From a virus (lineage: Duplodnaviria; Caudoviricetes): DNA of 61,539 nucleotides. Location: positions 1-61,539 of IMG/VR virus record IMGVR_UViG_3300036851_000313; one strand, written 5' to 3'. The notes below the pieces were generated by a model, which did not search any database, was not told the DNA's origin, and saw only the letters and a list, made by a program, of their open reading frames with translations. Below, one piece after another: positions 9,427 through 20,187 of the stretch; the stretch's first letter is position 1; every line of letters starts with the position of its first letter. The position numbers and the translations under genes are program-made.

Positions 9427-10911
9427 GTGTCGCTGGATCTGGCGTTCGAGTACGCGGCGCGGGCGTTTGAGCCGAAGACGCCGCGCCGGGCGGCGCCGCT
9501 CGCGGAGCTGGCCCGCATCCTCGACCCGCGGACCGTGCAGACCCCGGCGCTGGACCGGATCGACGCCGAGCTGGACCTGCTGTTGGACATCCCGGACGGC
9601 CGGCTGGTGATCTCCATGCCGCCGCAGGAGGGCAAGTCGGTGCGGGTGGCGAAGGTGTTCCCGGTGCGGGCGTTGCAGCAGGACCCGGACCGGCGGATCG
9701 TGGTCGCCTCCTACGGGCACGACCTGGCCCGCCGCAACGGCCGGTCGATCCGCGACGCCATCGTGGGGCATCCGGAGCTGGACCTGCGGGTGCGGATCGA
9801 CGTGGCGGCGCAGCACGAGTGGCAGGTCGCCGGGCACGACGGCGGGGTGTACGCGGCCGGTATCGGCACCGCGTTGACCGGCCGGCCGGCGGACCTGATG
9901 GTCATCGACGACCCGATCAAGGACCGCCGGGAGGCGGACTCGGAAACCTACCGGCAGAACGTGTGGGACTGGTGGCTGGAGGTCGCCTCCACCCGGCTAG
10001 CACCCGGCGCGCAGGTGGCGGTAGTCGCCACCCGCTGGCACGAGGACGACCCGATCGGCCGATTCCTGGCCGCAGAGGACAGGCACCTGTGGCGGGTGCT
10101 GAACATCCCGGCGCAGGCCGACCACCGGCCGGAGAACGGCGAGACGGACCCGCTAGGCCGGGAACCGGGCGAGTTCATGACCTCGGCCCGCGGCCGGACG
10201 GTCGCCCAGTGGGAGGCCATCAAGGTCCGGTCCGGGGCCAGGACGTGGGCCTCGCTGTACCAGGGCCGCCCGTCCCCGGCTGAGGGCGGCATCCTGAAGC
10301 GGGGCTGGTGGCGGAGGTTCGAACATCCGCTGTGGATCGACCGCGACGACGGGGCGCGGCTGATCCCGGGGCATGACCACGAGCTGGTGCAGTCGTGGGA
10401 CATGGCGTTCAAGGACACCAAGGGCTCCGACTTCGTGGTGGGGCAGGTGTGGATGCGCCGCGGCGTGGACGCCTACCTGCTGGACCAGGTGCGCGGCCGG
10501 ATGTCGTTCACGGACACGTGCGCGGCGGTGCGGTCGCTGTCGGCGCGGTGGCCGCAGGCGGTGCTGAAGCTGGTGGAGGACACGGCGAACGGCCCGGCGG
10601 TGATCAACGCGCTGGCGCGGACGGTGCCGGGCCTGGTGCCGGTGCAGCCGGACGGCAGCAAGCTGGCCCGGGCGTCGGCGGTGTCCCCGTTCGCGGAGGC
10701 GGGGAACGTGCATGTGCCGGCGGACGAGCTGGCGCCGTGGGTGGGCGAGTGGGTCGAGGAGCTGGCCGCGTTCCCCAACTCGGCGCACGACGACCAGGTG
10801 GACGCGTTCAGCCAGGCGATCAATCGGCTGCTGCTGAATCCGCTGCTGGAGGAGCAGATCGTGGAGGACGAGTCGCTGGACGACGCGTTCGCCTACATGG
10901 CCAGGTACTAA
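9427..10911 (+). CDS. terL: Terminase large subunit
   Basis: Walker A-like MPPQEGKS, Walker B VIDDPIK, TRWHEDD, nuclease motifs SWDMAF and HDDQVDA. Confidence 0.95.
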   Translation: MSLDLAFEYAARAFEPKTPRRAAPLAELARILDPRTVQTPALDRIDAELDLLLDIPDGRLVISMPPQEGKSVRVAKVFPVRALQQDPDRRIVVASYGHDLARRNGRSIRDAIVGHPELDLRVRIDVAAQHEWQVAGHDGGVYAAGIGTALTGRPADLMVIDDPIKDRREADSETYRQNVWDWWLEVASTRLAPGAQVAVVATRWHEDDPIGRFLAAEDRHLWRVLNIPAQADHRPENGETDPLGREPGEFMTSARGRTVAQWEAIKVRSGARTWASLYQGRPSPAEGGILKRGWWRRFEHPLWIDRDDGARLIPGHDHELVQSWDMAFKDTKGSDFVVGQVWMRRGVDAYLLDQVRGRMSFTDTCAAVRSLSARWPQAVLKLVEDTANGPAVINALARTVPGLVPVQPDGSKLARASAVSPFAEAGNVHVPADELAPWVGEWVEELAAFPNSAHDDQVDAFSQAINRLLLNPLLEEQIVEDESLDDAFAYMARY

Positions 10912-10929
10912 GCGGGAAGGCGGTGACCG

Positions 10930-12558
10930 GTGGCGGCTAACTCGACGGCGCTCGCGGAGTCCGCCGCCGCCCTCGGCAACGAGATCACGCATCTGTCGGA
11001 GGCGCTCGGGCAGGAACGCGAAACCAACGTGCTCCTCCTCGAAACCATCACCGAGCTGGAGCTCAGCATCGAGGATGCCGGGTGGCGGCGGCTGGCGGCC
11101 GAGGGTCAGGTCGAGTTCTCCCACGACGGGCTGCGGCGGATCGCCGCGTTGTGCCGGCTGATGGCCATCAAGTCGCCGGTCATCAAGCGCGGCTTGGCCC
11201 TGCGCCGGGTGTACGTGTGGGGTCTTGGGGTGCAGATCCAGGCCCGCGCGGACGGCTCCGACGGGCAGCAGGACGTCAACGGCGTCGTGCAGGAGTTCCT
11301 CGACGACCAGGGCAACCGTGAGGCGTTCACCGGTGAGCAGGCCCGCGAGGAGTGCGAGGGCGAGCTGGCCGAGACCGGCAACTTGTTCCTCGCCTGTTTC
11401 ACGTCGCCGCGCACCGGCCGGGTGCAGGTCCGCACGGTGCCGTTCGAGGAGATCGCGGACGTGATCTGCAACCCGGAGGACCGCGGCGAACGCTGGTTCT
11501 ACCAGCGGGTGTGGACCACCGTCGAGCTGGACGCGGCGACCGGTGTGACCCGGCAGCAGACCCGCACCGTGTACTACCCGGACCTGCACTACCGGCCCCG
11601 TCAGCGGCTTCCCCGGCAGATCAACGGGCACCCGGTGCAGTGGGACGCGCCGATGCTGCACGTGCGGGTCAACGGGCGGCGCGGCTGGAAGTTCGGCGTC
11701 CCGGACGCGTATGCGGCGATCGACTGGGCCCGGATGTACCGCGAGTTCCTCGAGGACTGGGCGCGGCTGGTCAAGGCGCTCAGCCGTTACGCGTGGCGCA
11801 CGACCGCGAAAGGCAGCAAGCAGGCCGCGGTGAAGAAGACCATCGCGACCGCGCCGGGCACGGACGCCACCGGGGCGCCGCTGCACGCCGGCGCGACCGC
11901 GATCATGGGCCCCGACCAGAGCCTCGAAGCCATACCCAAGAGCGGCGCGACGATCGACTCGGAATCGGGTCGGCCGCTGGCCGCGATGGTCGCCGCCGCG
12001 CTGGGCGTGCCGGTGACGATGCTGCTCGGAGACCCGGGCGTCACCGGCGCCAGGGCAACGGCCGAGACCCTCGACAGGCCGACGGAGCTCGAGGCCGGAA
12101 CACGCCGGGCGCTGTGGGCGGCCAAGCATGTGGCGCTGCTCGACTACGTGGTCGACCAGGCTGTGATCGCGGCGCAGGGCCCGCTGAAGGGCACCGTCGA
12201 GTGGGACGAGGCGGGTCGGCAGGTCGTGACCCTGGCGGACGACACCGAGCGCACGTTGGAGATCACGTGGCCTCCGCTGGACGAGGTCGACGTGTCGCTG
12301 CTGGTGAAGGCCATCAGTGAGGCTGACGCGACCGGGAAGATGCCGGACCTGGTGACCGCGCGGCTGCTGTTGCAGGCGCTCGGCGTCAGCGATGTGGACG
12401 AGATCCTTGACGAGATGACAGATGAGGACGGCGAGTTCGTCTCCCCCGACGCCTCTGCTGGCCAGGCGGCGGTGGACGCGTTCCGCCGCGGCGAGGACCC
12501 GGCTCGGCTTGTAGGCGACGGGGATGAGGAACCTGAGCCTGCCGAGGAGCAGGTGTGA
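10930..12558 (+). CDS. Portal protein
   Basis: 542 aa directly after the terminase; portal-like motifs (ETGNLFL, GVPVTMLLGDPG). Confidence 0.85.
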   Translation: MAANSTALAESAAALGNEITHLSEALGQERETNVLLLETITELELSIEDAGWRRLAAEGQVEFSHDGLRRIAALCRLMAIKSPVIKRGLALRRVYVWGLGVQIQARADGSDGQQDVNGVVQEFLDDQGNREAFTGEQAREECEGELAETGNLFLACFTSPRTGRVQVRTVPFEEIADVICNPEDRGERWFYQRVWTTVELDAATGVTRQQTRTVYYPDLHYRPRQRLPRQINGHPVQWDAPMLHVRVNGRRGWKFGVPDAYAAIDWARMYREFLEDWARLVKALSRYAWRTTAKGSKQAAVKKTIATAPGTDATGAPLHAGATAIMGPDQSLEAIPKSGATIDSESGRPLAAMVAAALGVPVTMLLGDPGVTGARATAETLDRPTELEAGTRRALWAAKHVALLDYVVDQAVIAAQGPLKGTVEWDEAGRQVVTLADDTERTLEITWPPLDEVDVSLLVKAISEADATGKMPDLVTARLLLQALGVSDVDEILDEMTDEDGEFVSPDASAGQAAVDAFRRGEDPARLVGDGDEEPEPAEEQV

Positions 12559-12764
12559 TGCGCCGGTTCACGCTGGTCCGCGAGGTCGACCCGTCCGGTG
12601 TGTCGGGTGTGGGCGTGGTGGCGTGCGGGGTGCAGTTCGACGACGGCACGGCGGTTGTGCGGTGGCTGGGGGACCGGCCGTCGACGGTGGTGTGGCAGTC
12701 GATCGAGGACGCGCTGGTCATTCATGGGCACGACGGGCTGACGCGCGCAGAATTTCTGGATTGA
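12555..12764 (+). CDS. Conserved small actinophage hypothetical protein
   Basis: DPSGVSGVGVVACGVQFDDG...IHGHDG motif; GTGA coupling. Confidence 0.65.
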   Translation: MMRRFTLVREVDPSGVSGVGVVACGVQFDDGTAVVRWLGDRPSTVVWQSIEDALVIHGHDGLTRAEFLD

Positions 12765-13038
12765 CGTGGGCGATGTGGCGGCGCTGGTGATCGTCGGGGT
12801 GGCGCTGCTGGTCGCTGCGGCGGCGTACTGGCGGGCGGGCCGGGGCGGCTGAGGCGATGCTGACGGTGCTGACGGTCGTCCTGGCGCTCGCGCTCGTCGC
12901 GGTCCTTGGATGGGTGCTGGCCGTGGTGGAGCGGCCGGACTGGCGCGATCGCGGCATGTACTTGGATCCGGACGTGCCGCCTCCGGTGCCGGTGGACGCG
13001 CCGCTCACGCAGCAGCCTCCGGTGGACTACGACGGCTG

Positions 13039-14094
13039 ATGGCGGTCACCAGGGAGACGCTGCGGCTGGCCCGGCGGCTGCGCATCGACCTGTCCCGGCA
13101 GGTGGATCAGCGGACCCGCGAGCTGGTACGGGCCTGGAGCAGGGCCTGGGACGAGGTGTCGGACTCGTGGGACGCGGCCGTGGCCGAGCTGCTGGCGGTG
13201 GGCGAGGGTTCCTGGCCGTCGCAGGCGCAGATCCTGCGGGTGTCCAGGGCGCAGCGGGCGCTCGCCGTCACGGCAGAGCAGCTGCGCGACCTGGCCCGGT
13301 TCACCGGGGTCACGGTCAGCGGTGACTTGGCGGGGATCGTGGGCGAGGCCGCGGCCATGCAGCCCCGGCTGATCGTGTCCCAGCTGCCGGTCGACAAGGC
13401 CGACGTGGCGAGCATGGTGGCCCGGTTCGACCGGGTCGACCCGCGCGCCCTGGAGGCGATCGTGGCGCGCACCACGCAGCAGATCACCGCCGCGACGTGG
13501 CCGATCTCGGTGGAAGCCTCGGAGGCGATGCGCCGCACTCTGATCCGCGGCGTCGCGGAGGGCCTGAACCCGCGGGCTGCGGCCCAGCTGATGCTGCGCC
13601 GGCTGGAGGGCGGCTTCAACGGCGGCCTGACCCGGGCGATGGTGATAGCCCGCACGGAGATGCTCGACGCGCACCGGCTCGCGGCGGCGCAGGCTCAGCT
13701 GGCGAACCACCAGGTGATGGCCGGGTGGACGTGGCTCAGTGCCTTATCGCCGAGAACCTGTCCGTCCTGCTGGAGCATGCACGGTTCGGTGCACCCGCTG
13801 ACGGAGCCCGGTCCGCTGGACCATCAGGCGGGCCGGTGTTCCCGAATGCCCGCAGTGAAGAGCTGGCGGCAGCTCGGTTTCCAGATCGACGAGCCGCCGT
13901 CGCTGCTACCCGACGCTAAGACGGTGTTCGACGCGCTGCCCGAGAAGGACCAGCTTCGCGTCATGGGGGCTCAGCGCCTTGAGCTGCTGCGGTCGGGTCG
14001 GGCCCGGTGGGAGGACTTGTCGCAGCGCCGGTACACCCCGGAGTGGCGGGCGTCGTTCGGTGTGAGACCCGTAGGCCAGCTAGTGAGTGCGTGA
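13039..14094 (+). CDS. MuF-like minor head protein
   Basis: RAMVIARTEM...WTWLSALSPRTCPSC...DHQAGRC motif. Confidence 0.85.
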   Translation: MAVTRETLRLARRLRIDLSRQVDQRTRELVRAWSRAWDEVSDSWDAAVAELLAVGEGSWPSQAQILRVSRAQRALAVTAEQLRDLARFTGVTVSGDLAGIVGEAAAMQPRLIVSQLPVDKADVASMVARFDRVDPRALEAIVARTTQQITAATWPISVEASEAMRRTLIRGVAEGLNPRAAAQLMLRRLEGGFNGGLTRAMVIARTEMLDAHRLAAAQAQLANHQVMAGWTWLSALSPRTCPSCWSMHGSVHPLTEPGPLDHQAGRCSRMPAVKSWRQLGFQIDEPPSLLPDAKTVFDALPEKDQLRVMGAQRLELLRSGRARWEDLSQRRYTPEWRASFGVRPVGQLVSA

Positions 14095-14104
14095 GGAGTG
14101 TGCT

Positions 14105-14584
14105 GTGGCGACGAAGAAGGACGACGAGAAGGCCACCGACCCCGGGACCGCCGCGTCGGTGTTGCGTGCGTCCGGTGAGGAACCGCGCGGCGACGATGTG
14201 GCCGCGGCGGGGGAGTCGAAGCCCACCGAGACCGCCGATGTGGCCGCGGCGGAAGACGAGGACGCGAAGCCGAAGCGGTCCCGGTCGAAGAAGCTGACCG
14301 TGCGTTCCACCCAGTTCGCGGAGAAGGCACGCAAGTTCGTCGCCGACACCCGCGAGGCGTTGGACGACCTGCTTGACGAGGCGCAGGCCGCCCGCTCCGA
14401 GGTGGAGCCGGAGCGCGACGAGTACGCGCTGATGCCGTCGGTGAACCGGGTCATCGGCTGGGAGGGTGACCTGCGGCGCGCGTTGGAGGGGTTGGACTCG
14501 CACGCGCAGGATCTGACCGTCGCGGTCGCCGACGTGGAGGCCGCCCGGTCGCAGGTGAAGGCAGCGGAGAAAGCCGAGTCCTGA
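14105..14584 (+). CDS. Hypothetical acidic coiled-coil protein
   Basis: GAGGAG SD, GTG start, open frame. Confidence 0.6.
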   Translation: MATKKDDEKATDPGTAASVLRASGEEPRGDDVAAAGESKPTETADVAAAEDEDAKPKRSRSKKLTVRSTQFAEKARKFVADTREALDDLLDEAQAARSEVEPERDEYALMPSVNRVIGWEGDLRRALEGLDSHAQDLTVAVADVEAARSQVKAAEKAES

Positions 14585-14736
14585 TGGACGTGGTGACGCT
14601 GCTGCTGCTCCTAGCAGCGGCGGTCTGCTTCACGTTGGCCGCGTTCGGCGTGTCCGCGCGGGTCAACTTCATCGCGCTGGGGTTGCTGTTCTGGGTGTTG
14701 GTGCCGTTGCTCGGAGCTGCGCTGGCGGTCGGCTAG
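14584..14736 (+). CDS. Small two-TM membrane protein
   Basis: TGATG overlap; MDVVTLLLLLAAAVCFTLAAFGVSARVNFIALGLLFWVLVPLLGAALAVG*. Confidence 0.55.
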   Translation: MDVVTLLLLLAAAVCFTLAAFGVSARVNFIALGLLFWVLVPLLGAALAVG

Positions 14737-14994
14737 ACCGTCTCGGGATGCACCCCGCCGGGTGGGACGAGTAGCACGCACCCGGTGAGTTCGCACACGT
14801 ATTCGGCGTGGCCGCCGCCGTGGTCGAGGGTGACGACGGCGAGACGCCACATGTGCTCGCAGCCGGTGTCGTCGTCAGCGGCCACGGCTCTTGACGATCA
14901 CGATCCCGACCGTACCTAGCGCATTGAACGCGAGTGCGAGGAGCGCCAGCGCGAGCGTCCAGTCCATCCGTTGATTGTCGCACCGGGAGGCCGG

Positions 14995-16860
14995 ATGCCC
15001 TGGGATGTGGTGCGTGGCGGTGGCACATGCCGGGCCGACCAGTGGGCTGTGGTGCGGCGCGGCGGGAAGACCGTGGGCTGCCACGACAGCGAGCAATCCG
15101 CGAAACGGCAGCTCGCAGCCTTGAATGTCAACGTGAGGGAGTCCGGTGTGCCGAAGATCACCACGACTGCGGCGTCACCGGTCGAGACGCTGATCGAGCA
15201 GGCCCGCGAGACCGGGCTGCTCGATGAGGCGAAGTACTCGGCGCAGCAGCTTCGCGACCTGCTCGCCAAGGGCCACGCGATCAAGAACGATGCGGGTGAC
15301 CCGTCGTACCCGATCGACGACGAGGAAGACCTCGGCCGCGCGATCCGCGCCGTGGGGCGGGGCGGTGCTGGGCACAACCGGATCCGCAAGTACATCGCCG
15401 GCCGGGCCCGGGCGATGGGCAAGTCGGACGCGGTCCCCGACTCGTGGGGGAAGAGCGGCGGGCTGAAGGAGTCTGCGCTCGCGGAGACCACCCCGCTCGC
15501 GGAGGCGGTGCGCGGCACCCCGACCGGGCGGCGCATGCAGATCCAGATCGCGTCACCTGGGTGGGGGTCGAGCGGCTACTACTCCGAGACCGTGCTGAAG
15601 CAGGCCGCCGCCGACGCCGTATTCGGCAAGGATTTGCCGCTCTACGTGGACCACCAGACCATCTCCGAGTCGCAGGACCGGATCCACGGCGAACGGTCCG
15701 TGAAGGACCTCGCGGCCCGGTTTGTCGAGGACGCCCGCTGGGATGGCACCGGCCTGGTCGCCGAGGTGGAGGTCACCAACCCGGCGTGGCGCCCGGTCCT
15801 CGCCGAGATGCGGGACCACGTCGGAGTGTCGATGCGCGCCATCGGTCAGGCCGAGATGGGCGAGGCCGAGGGCCGCGAGGGTCTCCTCGTGCAGTCCATC
15901 GACCGCGCGCTTAGTGTCGATTTCGTCGCGGAGGCCGGGCGGGGCGGGAAGGTGCTGGCGCTGCTCGAATCGACGCGGACCGAGCTGGCGGAGGCCCGGA
16001 ACGTGGGCGGATGGCTGGAGGCCCGGCTGCACACCGCGTTCACCGAACTCACGGACGGCATGTACGGCGACGGCCGGCTGACCCGCGAGGAACGCATCAG
16101 CCTCAGCTCCGGGATCGGGGATGCCCTGGCCGCGTTCACGGCCCGGGTCGAGGCGGACGCGCCGCAGCTGTACGAGCGGGATCCGTGGGCCGACCCGGCG
16201 CCGGTCGCTGCAGCGATGGAAGAGACGAGCAAGGGCGGAGCACCGCCAACCAACATCCCGAAGGAGGCTTCCGTGTCCGGAAGCAGCACCGGAGCGCCCC
16301 CCGAAGGTGGCGGCTCCACCACGACGACGCAGCAGCCGGTCGAGGTCACCGAGGCCGCAGCCCGCGTCGAGCAGCTCGAGAAGGACCTCACCGAGGCGCG
16401 GGCCGCGCTGGAGACCCGCTCCAACCACCAGGTGCGCGCCGCCGAGGCGGAGCGGCAGCTGACGGAGTCCCGGGGCGAGCTCGCGCGGCTGCGGGCCGCA
16501 GAGGTGGCCCGCACGCAGACCGCGGCCGCGTTGGCCGAGTCCGGTTTGCCGGAGCCGGCGTTCGCCCGGGTGACGGCCGCGGTGGTCGGGCACGAGGGCC
16601 GCGGGGTGCCGCTCACCGAATCCGCCACCGTGGACGCGGACAAGCTGAAGGCCGCGATCAAGGCCGCGGTCGACGCGGAACGCACCTACATCGCGTCGGT
16701 GGCCGAGTCCCTCGGCATGGGCGCGGTGCGAGGGCTCGGCGGCGACGGGAAGGGCGCGGAGCTGACCGAGGCCAAGTTCGAGGAAGGTATGGCTGCCCTG
16801 TACGAGGTGATCGGCATGGACGAGAAGACCGCCAAGATGGCGGCGCGAGGGAGGGCCTGA
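14995..16860 (+). CDS. Capsid maturation protease / scaffolding fusion
   Basis: GGGAGG SD; PGWGSSGYYS, YVDH, GVSMRA, SVDFVAEAGRGG motifs; coiled-coil C-terminus. Confidence 0.8.
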   Translation: MPWDVVRGGGTCRADQWAVVRRGGKTVGCHDSEQSAKRQLAALNVNVRESGVPKITTTAASPVETLIEQARETGLLDEAKYSAQQLRDLLAKGHAIKNDAGDPSYPIDDEEDLGRAIRAVGRGGAGHNRIRKYIAGRARAMGKSDAVPDSWGKSGGLKESALAETTPLAEAVRGTPTGRRMQIQIASPGWGSSGYYSETVLKQAAADAVFGKDLPLYVDHQTISESQDRIHGERSVKDLAARFVEDARWDGTGLVAEVEVTNPAWRPVLAEMRDHVGVSMRAIGQAEMGEAEGREGLLVQSIDRALSVDFVAEAGRGGKVLALLESTRTELAEARNVGGWLEARLHTAFTELTDGMYGDGRLTREERISLSSGIGDALAAFTARVEADAPQLYERDPWADPAPVAAAMEETSKGGAPPTNIPKEASVSGSSTGAPPEGGGSTTTTQQPVEVTEAAARVEQLEKDLTEARAALETRSNHQVRAAEAERQLTESRGELARLRAAEVARTQTAAALAESGLPEPAFARVTAAVVGHEGRGVPLTESATVDADKLKAAIKAAVDAERTYIASVAESLGMGAVRGLGGDGKGAELTEAKFEEGMAALYEVIGMDEKTAKMAARGRA

Positions 16861-16863
16861 GCG

Positions 16864-17220
16864 ATGGCCAAGAACCAGGTGTACGCGCCCACGAAGACCC
16901 GCCCGCTGACCTGCACCCAGCCGGCCACCCCAGCGTCCGGTGACCCCGTGCTGTGCGGGCAGATCCCCGGTGTCGCGCTCATCGCAGAGAATGCCGACGG
17001 CGATACCGTCTGCGCACTCGACGGCGCCTTCAACCTGTCGGTGCAGGGCGAAACCAACGCCGACGCCGGCAGCGCCGTCGCCAAGGGCGACATCCTCTAC
17101 TACGACTCCGCCGAGACCGTGAAGATTAACAAGGACACCACCGGTGTCCGGTTCGGCTACGCGCTCGGCACCGTCGGGTCCGGTGCCACCGCCACCATCC
17201 CCGTCGAAATCGGCTACTGA
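16864..17220 (+). CDS. Capsid decoration/cement protein (DUF2190-like)
   Basis: MAKN...SGDPV...GVAL motif just before the capsid gene. Confidence 0.8.
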   Translation: MAKNQVYAPTKTRPLTCTQPATPASGDPVLCGQIPGVALIAENADGDTVCALDGAFNLSVQGETNADAGSAVAKGDILYYDSAETVKINKDTTGVRFGYALGTVGSGATATIPVEIGY

Positions 17221-17234
17221 GGAGCGATCGAGAC

Positions 17235-18437
17235 ATGACTGCTACCGCAACTCTCGACGCCCTCGGCCTCGACAACCTCACCGAGGTCGGCTCGTGGAAG
17301 GCCGAAGACGCGTCCACGCAGGCGATCTACGGTGGGGAAGGCGTCAACCTGTCCGCCCGCCGCAAGCGCCGCGGCCCCGACCCGCACTACCAGCGGGACC
17401 TGCTCGAGGTCGCCAACCTGTACGCCAAGGTGCTCCAGGGCAACCGCCGCGCATCGGTGGACTTCGCCGAGGTCATGTCCACCTCGGACTTCGCCATCCT
17501 GTTCGCCGACATCGTGGACCGGCAGATGCTGGCCCGGTACGCGTCGGCACCGATCCAGTGGGACCGGATCGCGCGTCGCGGTCGAGTCCGGGACTTCCGC
17601 ACCGTCAAGCGGTTCACGTTGGACGGCGCTGAGGCGACCCTCGACGAAGTGAAGCAGCTCGCGCCGTACAAGGCCGCGGCGCTGACCGACGCGAAGTACG
17701 AGTACGCGGTCAAGAAGTACGGCCGTCGACTCCCGCAGTCGTGGGAGACGCAGGTCAACGACGACCTGGACGCGTTCCGGGACAACCCGGACCGGCTCGC
17801 CGGGGCTGCGCGGCGCTCGGAGGAGCGGTTCGCCACCGACCTGTACGCCGGCACCACCGGCCCCGACACGACGTTCTTCGCGAGCGGCAACAGCAACATC
17901 GTGACCGGCAACCCGGTCCTGTCGATCGCCGGGTTGCAGACCGCGTACCAGGTGCTGGCCGCGCAGCTCGACACCGACGGGAACCCGATCTTCGTCGAGG
18001 CTGTGACGCTGGTCGTGCCGCCCGCGTTGAAGGTGACGGCGAACAACATTCTCAACGCGATCCAGATCGAGACGGTGGAGCAGGGTGGCACCGCGAACCA
18101 GCGGCTGATCGCGCAGAACTGGATGAAGAACGACGTGTCGCTGCTGGTGAACCCGTGGCTGCCGATCATCTCGACGACGAACGGGAACACGTCGTGGTAC
18201 CTGTTCGCCTCTCCCGGTGTGGGTCGGCCGGCGATGGAGGTCGGTTTCCTGACCGGGCATGAGCAGCCAGAGTTGTTCATGAAGTCGCCGAACTCGATCC
18301 GGATCGGCGGTGGGCTGACTGCGCCAGAGGACGGGGACTTTGACACCGACGCCATCGACATGAAAGTGCGGCACGTTTTTGGGGGAACGTTGATGGAACC
18401 CAAGAGCGCCGTCGCGAGCAACGGAACCGGCTCCTGA
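17235..18437 (+). CDS. Major capsid protein (Mu gpT-like)
   Basis: STSDFAILF, KYGRRL, NDDLDAF, LVVPPAL, DFDTDAIDMKVRH motifs. Confidence 0.9.
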   Translation: MTATATLDALGLDNLTEVGSWKAEDASTQAIYGGEGVNLSARRKRRGPDPHYQRDLLEVANLYAKVLQGNRRASVDFAEVMSTSDFAILFADIVDRQMLARYASAPIQWDRIARRGRVRDFRTVKRFTLDGAEATLDEVKQLAPYKAAALTDAKYEYAVKKYGRRLPQSWETQVNDDLDAFRDNPDRLAGAARRSEERFATDLYAGTTGPDTTFFASGNSNIVTGNPVLSIAGLQTAYQVLAAQLDTDGNPIFVEAVTLVVPPALKVTANNILNAIQIETVEQGGTANQRLIAQNWMKNDVSLLVNPWLPIISTTNGNTSWYLFASPGVGRPAMEVGFLTGHEQPELFMKSPNSIRIGGGLTAPEDGDFDTDAIDMKVRHVFGGTLMEPKSAVASNGTGS

Positions 18438-18439
18438 TC

Positions 18440-19331
18440 GTGGCTGACCTGCCGTCTCCGGTGACGGTGAACGATCTGCTGGTGCGGGCCGTCTACGACC
18501 GGCTCGGGGAGCAGAACGACCTGCTGCGGGAGTTGCGCGACCGGTGGGCGGCCCCTCCGCCGGCACCGGCCGCGGAACCCGCGGCGGGCGAGGTGGAGCT
18601 GCTGGAGCCGTCCGCGCCGGGGAAGACACGGCCGGCCCAGCAGCCTCCACGTAAGCGCGCGGGTAAGACCGCGGACTGAGCGTCTTCTCGGGGCCCACAC
18701 GGAACGGTGCCACGACCATGTCAAATCCGTATCGCGACAAGCTGCTGTCGGTCGGCTACCTGTCCCGGGGCCGCACCCGCGCGAAAGTTCGTGAGGGCCG
18801 CCGCGGTGACGGAACCCGGGTCAAGGCGACCACCGACGAGCTGGGGAACACCACCACCGAACACGCCACCCGCGACGACCGGGTGGACGTGACCGTCCGT
18901 CCCCAGACTGTGCGTGCCACCAGGGACAGCAGCGGGAGACTGGAGAATATCGAATGAGCGACGACGGTCCCCGCAACTACGGGGACGCCATCAACCAGGC
19001 CCGGGAACTCGTCAACCAGGGCCGGCTCGTCGACCCCGACGAGCACTACCCGTATAAGCACGCCGATGTTTCGGCGCTGGTGGAGGAGAACCCGCCCGCC
19101 GGCCCGGACGGCCCTGACGACGACCGGGTCCGCATCCGGGACCTGATGTCGCAGGACATCGCGGACGCGTCTCGGGACTACATCGACGCGCAGGCCGCGT
19201 ATCTGCGCGATCCCGGCGACGCCACCCGCGGCGCCTACCACGATGCGCGGGACCGGTTGATCACCGCGAGGCAGGCGCATCGGGCGAATCGCCGCAGCGC
19301 GGCCGTGATCGGGTTCAGGGGGGCCGAGTAA
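18440..19331 (+). CDS. Three small hypothetical proteins (18440-18679, 18718-18957, 18954-19331)
   Basis: Co-oriented ORFs in the late operon. Confidence 0.55.
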
Positions 19332-19807
19332 TGGCCGTTACCGTGAGCGGGTTTTTCGTCCAGAACTTCATCGACGAGCTGGACGCCACCAACGTCGGCC
19401 TCGATCTCACGCTCACCACCCACAAGGTCGCGCTGCTCAGCAACGCAGCCACACCCAACTTCGACACCGACGTGACGTGGGCGGTCACCAACGAGGTGTC
19501 CGGCACCGGCTGGGCATCCGGCGGGATCCTGTTCTCCGCCGCCGCCGCCGGGGGCACGTCGCTCGCGCCGACGCTGACCATCAGCCCGGCCGGCACGATG
19601 ATGTGGGACATGAACGACGTGTCCGTGGCGTCCACGACGCTCACGAACGCCCGCGCAGCGCGGATGTACGCGGACGCGTTGACGACGCCGACGGCGGACG
19701 CCCTCATCCTCCTGATCAACTTCGGGGCGGACTACTCCACGAACAACGGCACCTTCGGGATCCAGTTCGCCGCTGCTGGTGTCGGCACCTGGGATCTCAC
19801 CCCGTAA
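19331..19807 (+). CDS. Virion fibre-associated structural protein
   Basis: HKVALL...NEVSGTGWASGG motif typical of phage fibre subunits. Confidence 0.6.
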   Translation: MAVTVSGFFVQNFIDELDATNVGLDLTLTTHKVALLSNAATPNFDTDVTWAVTNEVSGTGWASGGILFSAAAAGGTSLAPTLTISPAGTMMWDMNDVSVASTTLTNARAARMYADALTTPTADALILLINFGADYSTNNGTFGIQFAAAGVGTWDLTP

Positions 19808-19899
19808 CCGCATCGAAGTTAATGAAGCCACGCCTGCGCCCGTCCCGACAGCAATGACGACATCCACGTCTACGGCGACCGCCACGAGTTGCTCGTGAC

Positions 19900-20184
19900 A
19901 TGCCGTACTCGCAGGGAAACATCCGCATGTTCTGCCGCAACAGCGATGGAACCGAGGTTACGGCCACGGTCTTCTTCAAGACCCAGAACGGGAACATGGA
20001 GCAGATCGTCGTCACGAACGGATCGTCCACGCTGGTGCCGAAGGTGATCCTCCGTAAGGGCGACCTGTCGCAGTCGTTCGACATCACGCCGCTGCTCGGC
20101 CGGACGATCACGAAGGAAGAGATCAACCTGTTCGGCGTCATTCGCATCACGGAGTTCAACAGCCTTGAGATGTCCTGCGGGTGA
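19900..20184 (+). CDS. Hypothetical protein
   Basis: 94 aa ORF of somewhat lower GC. Confidence 0.55.
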   Translation: MPYSQGNIRMFCRNSDGTEVTATVFFKTQNGNMEQIVVTNGSSTLVPKVILRKGDLSQSFDITPLLGRTITKEEINLFGVIRITEFNSLEMSCG

Positions 20185-20187
20185 TCC

